Part shown: one piece after another, positions 42,104 through 54,163 of the stretch
Layout: each line of letters starts with the position of its first letter
Position numbering within the stretch: position 1 is the first letter of the stretch
From: an uncultured delta proteobacterium
Lineage (GTDB): Bacteria > Desulfobacterota > Syntrophia > Syntrophales > UBA2185
Assembly (NCBI GenBank): GCA_963729715.1
Contig: CAVSPA010000005.1
Span: 32,001-96,000, forward strand
DNA: 64,000 nt
Reading direction: 5' to 3'
Translations under genes and position numbers: made by a program
The notes under the pieces: model-generated
What the model saw: the letters and a program-made list of their open reading frames with translations, nothing else
Database searches by the model: none
What the model was told of the DNA's origin: nothing

Positions 42104-43970
42104 ACCCGGCGATTTCAGAAAAAAGTTCAAGGTAACATTCGCTATTGTGTCTATCATGTTAGCGATCCTGACAATGAGGATGTGGCATCTTCAGGTAATC
42201 AGGGGAGATGAACTGACACAGAGATCGGAAAACAATAGCGTACGCTTGCGGAAAATTAAGCCCCTGAGGGGCGTGATCCTGGACACCAATGGTCAGGTTC
42301 TGGTCGATAATCAGCCATCATTTGACATCATTTTTGTGCCTAACCGCAACCGGAATATCGATGAGGCCGCATATAGGTTAAGGCAATTATTTGCTCAAAG
42401 ATCCCTCACGCTTTCGGCAGACCTGCCTGCCTTGGGGAAGAGAGGCTGGTTTCCGCCTGTCAAACTTGAGAAAAACATTTCAATGGAAAAACTTGCCATC
42501 GTGGAAACGCATGCCTCTGATTTGCCGGGCATAACCATTGATGTGGTGCCTATCAGACAATATTTAAATGGAGAAATGGTAGCCCATATAATAGGTTATA
42601 CTGGTGAGGTCAGCCGGGAGGAGTTGCAAAAGGACATGTCGGGTGATTTCAGTGTGGGTGATATTACGGGCAAAGACGGCTTGGAGAAACAGTTGGATCA
42701 GTATCTTAAGGGCAAGAGCGGAGCGGAGCAGGTCGAGGTGAATGTAATGGGCAAAGAGGTCAAAGTAATCGGCAAGATTGAACCTGTTTCCGGATATAAT
42801 GTTATTCTTACCATTGATGCCCAGCTGCAGAAGGTGGCCTGGGAGGCCCTTCAAGATAGAGCCGGATCGGTTGTTGTCATTGATCCCCGTGATGGCGCTG
42901 TCCTTGCACTTGCAAGCTCGCCGGCTTTTGATCCAAACCTATTCAACGGAGGAATCTCGGCGGAAGATTGGGACGATCTCTCGAATGATTCATCACACCC
43001 CATGGGAAACAGGGCCATCGCCGGTCAATATCCTCCCGGATCCACGTACAAGCTCATTGTGGCGGCCGCAGCCCTGGAAGAGGGATTGATCACACCGGAT
43101 ACAACGTTCAACTGCAACGGATCATTTCAGTTCGGCAACAGAACATACAAGTGCTGGCAGAAGCACGGGCACGGTAGGGTCAATCTGCATCGCGCCATCG
43201 TCGAATCCTGCGACGTATATTTCTACAATGTGGGCAAGCTTGTCGGCGTTGACAAACTGGCCGAATATGCCCGCAGATTCGGATTGGGCCAGCCAACAGG
43301 AATTGATCTTCCCCGGGAGAAGAGCGGCCTCATCCCGACCAAACAGTGGAAACAGCAGAGATTCAAAGAAACATGGCAGCTGGGCGAAACTATATCGATC
43401 TCCATCGGGCAAGGCTTTAATCTTGTGACGCCAATTCAATTGGTGAACGCCTATGCTTCATTAGCCAATGGAGGAACTATCTACCAGCCTCGGCTTGTAA
43501 AGCGCATCGAAACTGCCGATGGCCGGGTACTAAAGGCATTTGAACCTCAGCAAAAAGGCAGTATAGGCCTGAGCGAGAAGAACATTGAGATTTTGAAGTA
43601 CGGTCTATGGGGTGTGGTGAATGAAGGAGGGGGAACGGGTCACGCCCTGAAGAGAAGGGAAGAGGACGTCTCTGGAAAAACAGGCACCGCCCAGGTTGTA
43701 AGCATGCCGGATAATGAAAAAGGGCACAGGCGGAAATTCATTGCTTCTAAACACGGTGATCACGCTCTTTTTGTGTGCTACGCACCTTATAAGAATCCGG
43801 AAATAGCTATCGCCGTCATCATGGAGCATGCCGGCCATGGAGGCTCCGCAGCCGCTCCCATAGCAAGAAAGATAATCGATGCCTACTTTGAGCGTAAGAA
43901 TTCCGCAAATAAGAAGAGCCAGCCGCCGCTGACCATCAGCCAGAAATCGCAGGCAGGTGACAGCCGATGA
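42069..43970 (+). CDS. mrdA: Penicillin-binding protein 2
   Basis: PPGSTYK, SCDVYFY, KTGTAQ motifs. Confidence 0.96.
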   Translation: MAENHSRLSGHEPGDFRKKFKVTFAIVSIMLAILTMRMWHLQVIRGDELTQRSENNSVRLRKIKPLRGVILDTNGQVLVDNQPSFDIIFVPNRNRNIDEAAYRLRQLFAQRSLTLSADLPALGKRGWFPPVKLEKNISMEKLAIVETHASDLPGITIDVVPIRQYLNGEMVAHIIGYTGEVSREELQKDMSGDFSVGDITGKDGLEKQLDQYLKGKSGAEQVEVNVMGKEVKVIGKIEPVSGYNVILTIDAQLQKVAWEALQDRAGSVVVIDPRDGAVLALASSPAFDPNLFNGGISAEDWDDLSNDSSHPMGNRAIAGQYPPGSTYKLIVAAAALEEGLITPDTTFNCNGSFQFGNRTYKCWQKHGHGRVNLHRAIVESCDVYFYNVGKLVGVDKLAEYARRFGLGQPTGIDLPREKSGLIPTKQWKQQRFKETWQLGETISISIGQGFNLVTPIQLVNAYASLANGGTIYQPRLVKRIETADGRVLKAFEPQQKGSIGLSEKNIEILKYGLWGVVNEGGGTGHALKRREEDVSGKTGTAQVVSMPDNEKGHRRKFIASKHGDHALFVCYAPYKNPEIAIAVIMEHAGHGGSAAAPIARKIIDAYFERKNSANKKSQPPLTISQKSQAGDSR

Positions 43971-45076
43971 AAATCGATCGCCGGCTACTTTTCAATTTTG
44001 ATTGGACGCTGCTCTTTCTCATACTGGCGATCAGTGTGGTCGGTCTCTTGAATATCTACAGCGCCGGCTACAGCCTGGACAATTTCAGGCAGGAGACCCT
44101 TTATCTAAAACAAGCGCAATGGATCTTCATCGGCCTGGTACTAATGGGGGTCATCATATGCTTTGATTACAGATTCATCTGTCGGTTTGCCTATGTAATC
44201 TATGCCGCTTCTGTTCTGCTGCTTGTCCTGGTATCGCTGTACGGATATGCCACCCACGGTTCTCAGCGGTGGATCATCTTGGGAGGATTTTTCTTCCAGC
44301 CCTCAGAGCTGGTAAAGCTCTCGATTATTATCGCCCTAGCAAAATATTTCGATGACCATATCATAGAAGGACGCTACAAGTTAAGAGAGCTCTATATACC
44401 GTTTCTTATCGTGGTGGTCCCGTTTCTCTTTATCTTGAAGCAGCCTGATCTCGGCACCGCTTTGATCCTTATGTTCCTTATACTGTCGATAACTTTTTTC
44501 ATCGGTATAGAGTGGAAATCACTGCTCTTAGCCTGCACCGGGGGGATAATGCTGATACCGATGTCGTGGCTGTTTCTGAGGGATTACCAGAAGGAAAGGG
44601 TCATGACATTTTTCAATCCGGAGAATGATCCCCTGGGATCGGGTTATCATATTCTTCAATCCATAATTGCCGTCGGTTCAGGAGGTATTTTCGGTAAAGG
44701 CTACCTGAAGGGAACCCAGACGCAGTTGAAATTCTTGCCGGTACAGCAGACTGATTTTGTGTTCTCCGTTTTTGCGGAGGAGTGGGGCTTTATCGGAGGA
44801 GTTGTCCTTGTCGCCATGTTTCTCATACTCATACTGTGGTGTCTGAAAATTGCCTTGCATTCGCGGGATCTCTTGGGAATGTTAATGTCGTTCGGCATAA
44901 CAATGCTTGTCTTCTGGGAGGTATTCATCAATATCGGGATGGTGTTGGGCATGCTTCCCGTTGTCGGCATCCCGCTGCCTTTCTTAAGTTATGGAGGTTC
45001 GTCGATGGTTGTTCTCATGGCGGCCATGGGCTTGTTGTTAAATGTCAGCATGAGAAGGTTTATCCTCTATCCGTAA
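43967..45076 (+). CDS. rodA: RodA (SEDS)
   Basis: QPSE..K, QPDLGT, TDFVFSV..EE.GF, LPFLSYGGSS. Confidence 0.96.
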   Translation: MKIDRRLLFNFDWTLLFLILAISVVGLLNIYSAGYSLDNFRQETLYLKQAQWIFIGLVLMGVIICFDYRFICRFAYVIYAASVLLLVLVSLYGYATHGSQRWIILGGFFFQPSELVKLSIIIALAKYFDDHIIEGRYKLRELYIPFLIVVVPFLFILKQPDLGTALILMFLILSITFFIGIEWKSLLLACTGGIMLIPMSWLFLRDYQKERVMTFFNPENDPLGSGYHILQSIIAVGSGGIFGKGYLKGTQTQLKFLPVQQTDFVFSVFAEEWGFIGGVVLVAMFLILILWCLKIALHSRDLLGMLMSFGITMLVFWEVFINIGMVLGMLPVVGIPLPFLSYGGSSMVVLMAAMGLLLNVSMRRFILYP

Positions 45077-45167
45077 TATGTATGGGAGAGTAAGATTTAT
45101 TTGTCATTGGTTTTGATGTCATTGAAGTCATCAGGACACGAAGGTGCCAAAGACTGGGGGCAGGTCG

Positions 45168-45569
45168 ATGTTCAGCAAAAAGAAGAAAGATGAAGAAATC
45201 AAGGCCTTTCTTGGAAAAGGCGCAGAATTTACGGGAAAACTGATATTCAATGGAGCTGTCCGCATAGACGGTGATTTCAACGGCGAGATATTTGGGGAGG
45301 GAACCTTGGTCGTAGGTGATGGCGCTCACGTAGAAGCGGATATAAATGTCGCAAGCATCATAATCAGCGGCGATGTCCATGGCCAGATTGAATGCAAGGA
45401 AAGGATTGAAATCTATCCTCCAGGAAAAGTCCTTGGGAATGTAAAAGCGCCGCGATTTATAATGAGGGAAGGCGCCGTCTTCGAAGGAACGTCGAGAATG
45501 GAGAGCAGCAGCAAGTTGGAAAAACACAAAGTCAACAGCAAATCCAAAGCATTAAATGCGGAAGAGTGA
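45168..45569 (+). CDS. Bactofilin (polymer-forming cytoskeletal protein)
   Basis: FLGKG..F.G.L.F.G.VRIDG.F.GEI...GAVFEG. Confidence 0.92.
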   Translation: MFSKKKKDEEIKAFLGKGAEFTGKLIFNGAVRIDGDFNGEIFGEGTLVVGDGAHVEADINVASIIISGDVHGQIECKERIEIYPPGKVLGNVKAPRFIMREGAVFEGTSRMESSSKLEKHKVNSKSKALNAEE

Positions 45570-45851
45570 CATCCCGGCGGGACAAAACCGCATTCACCCA
45601 AAAAGTGCTTGACATTAACGCACGGTTGTGATTAGAAGACCGCGATTTTTACACGCATCTTTGGGGGTTCTTGAGGTTACTCGTGTACTCAGTTCATATC
45701 GCTTTATTTCAGGAAACATTTCTCAAAAAAAGAACCGTCATAAGCTTTTTAGGATCGAAAAAAGGCTAAACTGAAAAAGCCGAGTGGCAGGAGTCTATCC
45801 TTTCACGGGTTTTCTGAACTTCAAAGCAATCTTTTAGTGTGAGGCAGAACA

Positions 45852-46280
45852 GTGATCAAAATAGATTATACAATGTTAATCCAAATGGTCAATTTTCTTC
45901 TCTTGATTGTCATCCTGAATCAACTCCTCTATAAGCCGATCTTGGGCATAATTGACAGAAGAAAGAAACAAGCACAGGATACTGAAGAAGAGATAAAGCG
46001 CCTCAATCAATCAGTCGAGGAGAGAATCGCGGCGTACGAGGAGAAGCTTCGCCAGGCAAAGACGGACGCTTTGGAGAAAAAGACCGAGATCATCAAGGAA
46101 GGGGCCGAGCAGGCAAAGGGCCTCATCGAGGCCGCAAGAAGCGAGATCCCGGGGATGATGGAACAGTTTCACGGTGAGATGAACAGGGAAGTCTCCGAAG
46201 CCAGAAGCATTCTTACCGGTCAGTCGCAGAAAATATCAGTTGAGATTGCCGAGAAATTGTTGGGAAGGAGTCCCCGATGA
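45852..46280 (+). CDS. atpF: ATP synthase F0 subunit b'
   Basis: IQ.VNFL.L...LN..LYKP; coiled coil; first of two b genes. Confidence 0.9.
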   Translation: MIKIDYTMLIQMVNFLLLIVILNQLLYKPILGIIDRRKKQAQDTEEEIKRLNQSVEERIAAYEEKLRQAKTDALEKKTEIIKEGAEQAKGLIEAARSEIPGMMEQFHGEMNREVSEARSILTGQSQKISVEIAEKLLGRSPR

Positions 46281-46888
46281 TAAAATGGTTTTCGGAGGAT
46301 CTGCTTAGTCGATCTTATTTACGCTATTTTCTTTTATCAATCCTGGCCCTTATTCTCACCTCTACCGTCGCATATGCCTCGGAAGGTGGAGGTCATGAAG
46401 ACACTGTGAAGCTCTGGATTGATTTCGCCTGGAGGATATTTGACTTTACTATTCTGATTGGGTTCCTTTACTGGGCTGCTGCAAAAAAAATCAAGGAGTT
46501 TTTCTTCGACAGGCGAGACAACATCAAGGCCACCATCGAAGAAAAAATAACTGAAAAGGATGAGACGGAGAAGAAATTCAGGGAATACTCCTTGAGGCTT
46601 GACAAGGCCACTGAGGAAATAAAGGGCATCTTCGAGATGATAAAGGCCCAGGGATTGACAGAAAAAGAAAAGATAATCGAAGACGCCAAGAAGGCAGCCG
46701 CGAAGATGATAGAAGATACACAGGCGAGAATGGAACAGGAACTTAAGGCTGCCAGAAACCAGTTGCGGTCGGAAGCCGCGGAGCTGTCCGTGGCAATGGC
46801 AGAAGAGCTTCTGAAGAAGAATATAAACCAGGGGCTTCACGAAAACATGGTGAAAGACTATCTCGATAAGGTGGTGAAAAAACATTGA
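46277..46888 (+). CDS. atpF: ATP synthase F0 subunit b
   Basis: Signal-like extension, WRIFDF.IL, coiled coil. Confidence 0.9.
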   Translation: MIKWFSEDLLSRSYLRYFLLSILALILTSTVAYASEGGGHEDTVKLWIDFAWRIFDFTILIGFLYWAAAKKIKEFFFDRRDNIKATIEEKITEKDETEKKFREYSLRLDKATEEIKGIFEMIKAQGLTEKEKIIEDAKKAAAKMIEDTQARMEQELKAARNQLRSEAAELSVAMAEELLKKNINQGLHENMVKDYLDKVVKKH

Positions 46889-47430
46889 GCAGCAGCAATA
46901 TCGCAAAGCGTTATGCACGGGCGTTTTTTGACATAGCCAGGGAAGATGGGCTTTATGAAAAGTACTACGGCGAATTGACGCTTTTTTCTTCCGTTGTCAA
47001 AGAGAATAAGGATTTGCGGGAATTATTGTTGAACCCTATATTCGATCATGCAGAAAAAAGAGCCGTTGTGGATTCGCTTCTCGCTAAGATAAATATATCC
47101 GTCATAACGGCAAATTTCCTGAAGCTCCTCGTGGACAAGCGAAGAATAGGCATTCTTCCCGATATAGAAAGCTGTTACCGGAAATTTATGGACGATGCCC
47201 TGAAAACAATCAGGGTTGATGTCAAGACCGCCTTCCCTTTATCTACTGAACTTTCCGAAAAGCTGCAGAAGCGCATGGAGGAAATAACGGGTAGAAAAGT
47301 GGAAATGGCTGTTTCAGAAGATGCATCATTGTTGGGTGGCATAGTCGTAGGCGTAGGGGATACGATGTACGATGGCAGCATTAAAACTCAACTGCACAAT
47401 ATCAGGAATCTCTTAGGGGAGGAAATATAG
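46885..47430 (+). CDS. atpH: ATP synthase delta
   Basis: AKRYARA, NFLKLL, LLGG...GD..YDGS. Confidence 0.95.
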   Translation: MSSSNIAKRYARAFFDIAREDGLYEKYYGELTLFSSVVKENKDLRELLLNPIFDHAEKRAVVDSLLAKINISVITANFLKLLVDKRRIGILPDIESCYRKFMDDALKTIRVDVKTAFPLSTELSEKLQKRMEEITGRKVEMAVSEDASLLGGIVVGVGDTMYDGSIKTQLHNIRNLLGEEI

Positions 47431-47433
47431 AGC

Positions 47434-48948
47434 ATGGAGAAAATCAGGGCAGAAGAAATAAGCGACATCATCTCCAAACAGATCAGAGACTATGAAAAGA
47501 AACTGGACGTAAGCGAAGTTGGAACTGTCCTGTCTGTGGGAGACGGTATTGCCAGGGTTTACGGCGTGGAAAATGCGATGGCCATGGAATTGCTGGAGTT
47601 CCCGGGAGGGATACTCGGTATGGTCCTCAACCTGGAAACCGACAACGTCGGTGTCGCCATCCTGGGAGAGGTCACCCATATTAAAGAAGGGGATATTGTA
47701 AAGAGAACGGGCAGGATCGCCCAGGTTCCCGTGGGAGAGGCGGTGCTCGGCCGGGTAATTGATGGCACCGGTGCGCCGATTGACGGCAAAGGTCCCATTG
47801 AGGCTACCGAGTTCCGCAGGATAGAGATGATCGCTCCCGGCGTCGTGCAGCGCCAGCCCGTCAACACGCCTATGTATACCGGCATCAAGGCTATCGATGC
47901 CATGACGCCCATCGGAAGGGGTCAAAGAGAGCTTATCATCGGCGACAGGCAGATCGGAAAAACCGCGATCTGCGTGGACTCCATCATCAGGCAGAAGGAT
48001 ACCGGCGTTAAGTGCATTTATGTCGCCATCGGCCAGAAGAAATCCACAGTGGCCCAGGTGGTGGAAAACCTTCGCAAGAACGGTGCCATGTCCTATACCT
48101 GTGTCATCGCGGCATGCGCCAGCGATCCGGCGACCCTGCAATACATCGCAGCCTATTCCGGTTGCAGCATCGGCGAATATTTCCGGGACAGGAAACAGGA
48201 TGCACTGATCATCTACGATGATCTCTCCAAACAGGCTGTCGCTTACCGCCAGATATCGCTGCTTCTGAGAAGACCCCCAGGACGTGAAGCCTTCCCGGGA
48301 GATATTTTCTATAACCACTCCCGTCTGCTGGAACGCGCCGCCCGTGTGAGCGAAGATCTCGGCGGCGGATCCCTTACGGCCCTGCCCATAATTGAGACCC
48401 AGGCAGGCGACGTCTCTGCGTATATTCCGACAAACGTTATTTCCATCACAGATGGTCAGGTGTATCTCGAACCGAGCCTATTCTTTTCCGGTATCAGACC
48501 TGCAATCAACGTCGGTCTGTCAGTTTCGCGAGTCGGTGGCGCAGCGCAGGTCAAGGCCATGAAACAGGTTGCAGGGAGGCTGAAACTCGAGCTCGCCCAG
48601 TATCGTGAACTGGCGGCCTTTGCCCAGTTCGGTAGTGACCTCGATAAGGCAACGCAGGCGCAGCTCGAACGAGGCGTGCGTCTGGTGGAGATATTGAAGC
48701 AGCCCCAGTTCCAACCCAGGACGCTGTCGCAGCAGGTTGCCATCCTTTTTGCAGGCACCAGGGGCTTTCTGGACAAATACCCGGTCGACAAACTGAAGGA
48801 ATACGAGCCTCAGCTCCTGAGCTTCATCGCCAGTAAATACCCCGAAGTCAACCGGGAGGTTGAAGAGAAAAGGGAGATCAGTGCAGACCTCGAGAAGAAG
48901 ATGAAAGACGTATTGACGGAGTTTGAAACTGTTTTTGTCACGGCGTAG
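47434..48948 (+). CDS. atpA: ATP synthase alpha
   Basis: [28 protein letters not shown]. Confidence 0.99.
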   Translation: MEKIRAEEISDIISKQIRDYEKKLDVSEVGTVLSVGDGIARVYGVENAMAMELLEFPGGILGMVLNLETDNVGVAILGEVTHIKEGDIVKRTGRIAQVPVGEAVLGRVIDGTGAPIDGKGPIEATEFRRIEMIAPGVVQRQPVNTPMYTGIKAIDAMTPIGRGQRELIIGDRQIGKTAICVDSIIRQKDTGVKCIYVAIGQKKSTVAQVVENLRKNGAMSYTCVIAACASDPATLQYIAAYSGCSIGEYFRDRKQDALIIYDDLSKQAVAYRQISLLLRRPPGREAFPGDIFYNHSRLLERAARVSEDLGGGSLTALPIIETQAGDVSAYIPTNVISITDGQVYLEPSLFFSGIRPAINVGLSVSRVGGAAQVKAMKQVAGRLKLELAQYRELAAFAQFGSDLDKATQAQLERGVRLVEILKQPQFQPRTLSQQVAILFAGTRGFLDKYPVDKLKEYEPQLLSFIASKYPEVNREVEEKREISADLEKKMKDVLTEFETVFVTA

Positions 48949-49002
48949 AAAATCGGAAGACATCTCAGGAAATAGAACACGTAAAGGGAAAAGGGAGCGT
49001 TA

Positions 49003-49878
49003 ATGGCTTCATTAAAGGATATCAGAAGAAAGATTGTCGCGGTTTCCAAAACGAAGCAGATCACCAGAGCCATGAATATGGTGGCTGCCTCGAAACTGAA
49101 AGCCGCCCAGTTGAGGATGGAGAATTTTCGTCCTTATGCATTGAGGTTCATGGATGTGCTCACCAGCCTGGCACTTCGTGTAGACCCTGAAACCCACCCC
49201 CTGCTCGCTGTCAGGGATCCGAAGAGAATAAGGGTTATCATCATGACCTCTGACAGAGGCTTGTGCGGCGGTTTCAATACGAACTTGATCAAGGCCGCGG
49301 AAAGATTCGTCCGGGAGAAGACCGGCGAAGGCAAAGAGGTGCAATTGATTGCCGTCGGAAGGAAAGGGAGAGATTATTTCCGAAAAAAAGTGAAGCTCGC
49401 TAAAGATTGGTCTGACGTCTTTGGCAAATTCGATATAACCCTCGCCGTAAAAATTTCCGACGAAATCATTCCCCCCTTCATGCAGGCAGAATATGACGAA
49501 CTGTATGTCATATACAACGAATTTAGGAACATTGCCATACAGAGGCCTGCGGTCGTGAGGCTATTTCCCTTGCCCCCCATCGGAAAAGATGAAGATACGG
49601 AGCCTAACGCGAGAATCGATTACATTTATGAACCCTCGGATGAAATCCTGCTCGGGAAGCTCCTTCCCATGTACGTTCATGTTCTGATCTTCCGGGCGCT
49701 CCTCGAAACATCCGCCGGCGAGAACGGCGCACGGATGGTCGCGATGGACAACGCAACAAAGAATTGCGAGGAGATGATCCAAAACCTTACGTTGAGAATG
49801 AATAAAGCGAGACAGGCAACCATTACGGCCGAATTGATGGATATTGTCGGCGGTACGGAAGCCCTGTCGAAGAGCTGA
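49003..49878 (+). CDS. atpG: ATP synthase gamma
   Basis: ITRAM.MVA, SDRGLCG.FN, RQA.IT.EL. Confidence 0.98.
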   Translation: MASLKDIRRKIVAVSKTKQITRAMNMVAASKLKAAQLRMENFRPYALRFMDVLTSLALRVDPETHPLLAVRDPKRIRVIIMTSDRGLCGGFNTNLIKAAERFVREKTGEGKEVQLIAVGRKGRDYFRKKVKLAKDWSDVFGKFDITLAVKISDEIIPPFMQAEYDELYVIYNEFRNIAIQRPAVVRLFPLPPIGKDEDTEPNARIDYIYEPSDEILLGKLLPMYVHVLIFRALLETSAGENGARMVAMDNATKNCEEMIQNLTLRMNKARQATITAELMDIVGGTEALSKS

Positions 49879-49895
49879 TAAATTAGCCATCATAG

Positions 49896-51317
<1,422 letters not shown>

Positions 51318-51336
51318 TGAGGCCGGAGGATTGCAC

Positions 51337-51747
51337 ATGGCTGACGAATTGATGTTGGAAATTGTTACCCCCGAAAAAATGGCCTTCAGCGGCAAGATAG
51401 AAGAAGTGACGATACCGGGTTCCGAGGGTGAGTTCGGTGTGCTCCGGGGCCATGCGGCGCTCCTGACTTCGATCGATGTCGGTGAATTGAATTTCACGAA
51501 AGACGGCAAGAAGACATACTACGCCGTTAATACCGGCTATACCGAAGTCACCACAGGCAAAGTTACGATCCTCGCGGAAACTGCGGAAAGGGCGGACCTC
51601 ATCGACAAAGAACGGGCAAAAAAGGCAAAAGACACGGCGGAAGCAAAGTTGTCCAAGATGGCCAAGGAAGATGTGGAATACGAACTGATGAGAGCAGCCC
51701 TGGCTAGGGCGATTACAAGGATCAGCGTGGCCGATAAGCACGCTTAG
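51337..51747 (+). CDS. atpC: ATP synthase epsilon
   Basis: LEIVTP, GEFGVL.GH, ILAETAE...ID..RA. Confidence 0.96.
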   Translation: MADELMLEIVTPEKMAFSGKIEEVTIPGSEGEFGVLRGHAALLTSIDVGELNFTKDGKKTYYAVNTGYTEVTTGKVTILAETAERADLIDKERAKKAKDTAEAKLSKMAKEDVEYELMRAALARAITRISVADKHA

Positions 51748-51767
51748 TGCGCAAATAGATACAAATG

Positions 51768-51810
51768 AAGAAAGCCAGAAGTTGAGATTTGAACTTCTGG
51801 CTTTCTTGTT
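51768..51810. terminator. Bidirectional terminator between atpC and greA
   Basis: 16-bp IR AAGAAAGCCAGAAGTT / AACTTCTGGCTTTCTT. Confidence 0.85.
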
Positions 51811-51828
51811 CTGAGAATTCCTGCTCCA

Positions 51829-52311
51829 TTATTTTTTCCCCACAACACAGATATCCGCTATCTCAAATTCGCGTGTACCTCCCGGCGTCTTGACGCTGAC
51901 TTCGTCACCCGCACTCTTCCCGATCAGCGCCTTGCCTATAGGTGAGGTCACGGAAATTTTATTCTCTTTGAGATCTGACTCGAAGGGGCCTACAAGCTGA
52001 TAGGTTATGCGGCTCCCCGTATTCGTGTCCTCCAAAGTGACAATCGATCCAAAAACAATCTTGTCTGTCGTTAAACCATCGAGGCTCACAACATATGATG
52101 TGGCGAGATTATTTTCGAGCTCCGCAATCCTGCCCTGCAAAAAAGACTGCCTTTCCTTGGCCGCGGCAAATTCCGCATTCTCCGTTATGTCTCCGTGCGC
52201 CCTAGCCACTTCGATGTCCCGGATATTTTCAGGCAGCGAAACTGTCTTTATATATTCCAGTTCCTTCTTCAATTTTTCGTATCCCGCTTTTGTAATAGGC
52301 ATTTTTGCCAT
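51829..52311 (-). CDS. greA: Transcription elongation factor GreA
   Basis: AHGDITENAEF.AAKE, IS..SPIG.AL.GK. Confidence 0.95.
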   Translation of the reverse strand: MAKMPITKAGYEKLKKELEYIKTVSLPENIRDIEVARAHGDITENAEFAAAKERQSFLQGRIAELENNLATSYVVSLDGLTTDKIVFGSIVTLEDTNTGSRITYQLVGPFESDLKENKISVTSPIGKALIGKSAGDEVSVKTPGGTREFEIADICVVGKK

Positions 52312-52517
52312 ATATTCTCCCTGCCTTGCGCACTTGTATTTGCCAGGATCATAAATCTTAAAAACAGAGGTTGACTTCTAATAGAGAAATAGACAGCTGT
52401 CAAGAAAGATTTACCATGCCCTACCCGGGGGCTGGGGGTCTTGCTATGTCTCCACAAGTATGCTAAAAGGAGCATTCTTTAAGTAGATGCAGAAGTCCAC
52501 AGGCGAATAACATATCC

Positions 52518-53513
52518 ATGATTGATAGCTATAACAGAGAGATTAATTATCTCAGAGTTTCCATCACCGACAGATGCAACCTTCGTTGCAGCTATTGCAT
52601 GCCCAAGGAGGGCGTTTCCCTCATCGGACATGACGACATCCTGAGATACGAAGAAATACTGCGGATCGTCCGCATAGCAGCAGGCATAGGTATCAGCAAA
52701 GTCAGGATAACAGGAGGTGAGCCTCTGGTCAGGCGCGGCGCCTGCGATTTTATCGCCGAGGTCGCGTCCACTGACGGTCTCAATGACATCAGCCTCACAA
52801 CGAACGGAATACTCCTGGCGGACTTTGCGGCAAAACTTTTTGCCGCGGGCGTGAAAAGAATTAACATCAGTCTTGATTCCCTCAATGCCGAAAAGTATGC
52901 CCAAATTACCAGGGGTGGAGACCTCAGTACCGTGCTGGCGGGAATCGATGCGGTTCATAGGATCGGTTTTTCCCCTATCAAGATCAACATCGTGGCAATG
53001 AAGGGATTTAATGAAGATGAGATAATGGATTTCGCCGAACTCAGCCTTCGCAAACCTTACCAGGTCAGGTTCATTGAACTCATGGACGTGGGCCGCCCTG
53101 CCCTCGATCACGGCAGCCGCTATCTTTCCAACACTATTGTCAGGGAATTAATCAACAGGCATTATCTCCTCGAACGGGCCAACGGCACAAGAACCAAAAT
53201 GGATGGGCCTGCAGAGATGTTCAGGATCTCAGGCGGCGCCGGAGAAATCGGTTTCATAAGCCCTTTGAGTCAGCAATTCTGTGATTCATGCAACCGCCTG
53301 AGGCTCACTGCGAACGGCCACCTCCGCGCGTGCCTGCTCTCGGACGAAGACGTCGATCTGAGGGGCCCGCTGCGCAGCGGCTGCAGCGATGCGAATCTGT
53401 CGGAGCTCATCAAGGGGGCTATCGCGAAAAAACCCGTACAACATGCCCTTGCCTGTGATGAAGGCCACCATATAAAGAAGTGTATGAAAGACATGTCTTC
53501 CATAGGCGGTTGA
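52518..53513 (+). CDS. moaA: GTP 3',8-cyclase
   Basis: CNLRCSYC, TGGEPL, FC..CNRLR, C-terminal MS.IGG. Confidence 0.97.
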   Translation: MIDSYNREINYLRVSITDRCNLRCSYCMPKEGVSLIGHDDILRYEEILRIVRIAAGIGISKVRITGGEPLVRRGACDFIAEVASTDGLNDISLTTNGILLADFAAKLFAAGVKRINISLDSLNAEKYAQITRGGDLSTVLAGIDAVHRIGFSPIKINIVAMKGFNEDEIMDFAELSLRKPYQVRFIELMDVGRPALDHGSRYLSNTIVRELINRHYLLERANGTRTKMDGPAEMFRISGGAGEIGFISPLSQQFCDSCNRLRLTANGHLRACLLSDEDVDLRGPLRSGCSDANLSELIKGAIAKKPVQHALACDEGHHIKKCMKDMSSIGG

Positions 53514-53571
53514 CATGCAATGCAGGCAATGAAAGACACCTGCGTGAGAAGATAGAGACTGCCTCCTGACC

Positions 53572-53823
53572 CTATCGCGTCTCCCAGTCAATATCCCCGT
53601 CGTCGTAAGTCCGCGCCAGGATTTCCCGGGCCTTCTCCATATCCTTTGCGAGAACCAGAATATCCACTTTACCGAGACCATCGATCGTTATCGCGTAGAT
53701 CGGTCCTACTGCTTCGTATTTCAATTTTGCAGGTATGCCTTCCGTCGTGAGTCTCCCCAAGACAATATTGGCATTCGTCATTCCCGACGCGGTACAGGCC
53801 ACTTCCCATTTTTCCTCATCCAT
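53572..53823 (-). CDS. DUF2007-like small protein
   Basis: A.IV.G.L..EGIP...G.V.ILV...D...A.EIL. Confidence 0.75.
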   Translation of the reverse strand: MDEEKWEVACTASGMTNANIVLGRLTTEGIPAKLKYEAVGPIYAITIDGLGKVDILVLAKDMEKAREILARTYDDGDIDWETR

Positions 53824-53990
53824 AGAACCGTTCCTCACTCCCCGGCAATGACATCAGGCGCAGAATTTTGGGACTTATACTGCCAACATGCTATTTTTAT
53901 TGCAAAAAATACCAACCTGCTGACTGTCACTTATCTTATACCATATCCGCCTCCTGCAAGAAAGCGTCATTTCGGGAATTGACTGTCAAA

Positions 53991-54037
53991 ATACTATATA
54001 TTGTAGGCTAAAAATTTTAGGATACATTTAGTTGTAT
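53991..54037 (+). promoter_or_regulatory. Tandem NrdR-box-like sites upstream of smc
   Basis: ATACTATATATTGTAG (53991) and ATACATTTAGTTGTAT (54022), 31 bp apart. Confidence 0.6.
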
Positions 54038-54163
54038 TTTTTCTTTACAAGGACTATTTCTTCTGTTATTATTCGGTAAATCCGCTGAGGGTTGGCTCAA
54101 TTGACCCTGGGTGAGTGGATGGTTGGAAGAGTTTTCGTTGTAATCTCAACAGGAAAGAAGAAA

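Noticed and set aside
47413..48318. 301-aa minus-strand ORF
   Set aside because: Antisense shadow of atpA
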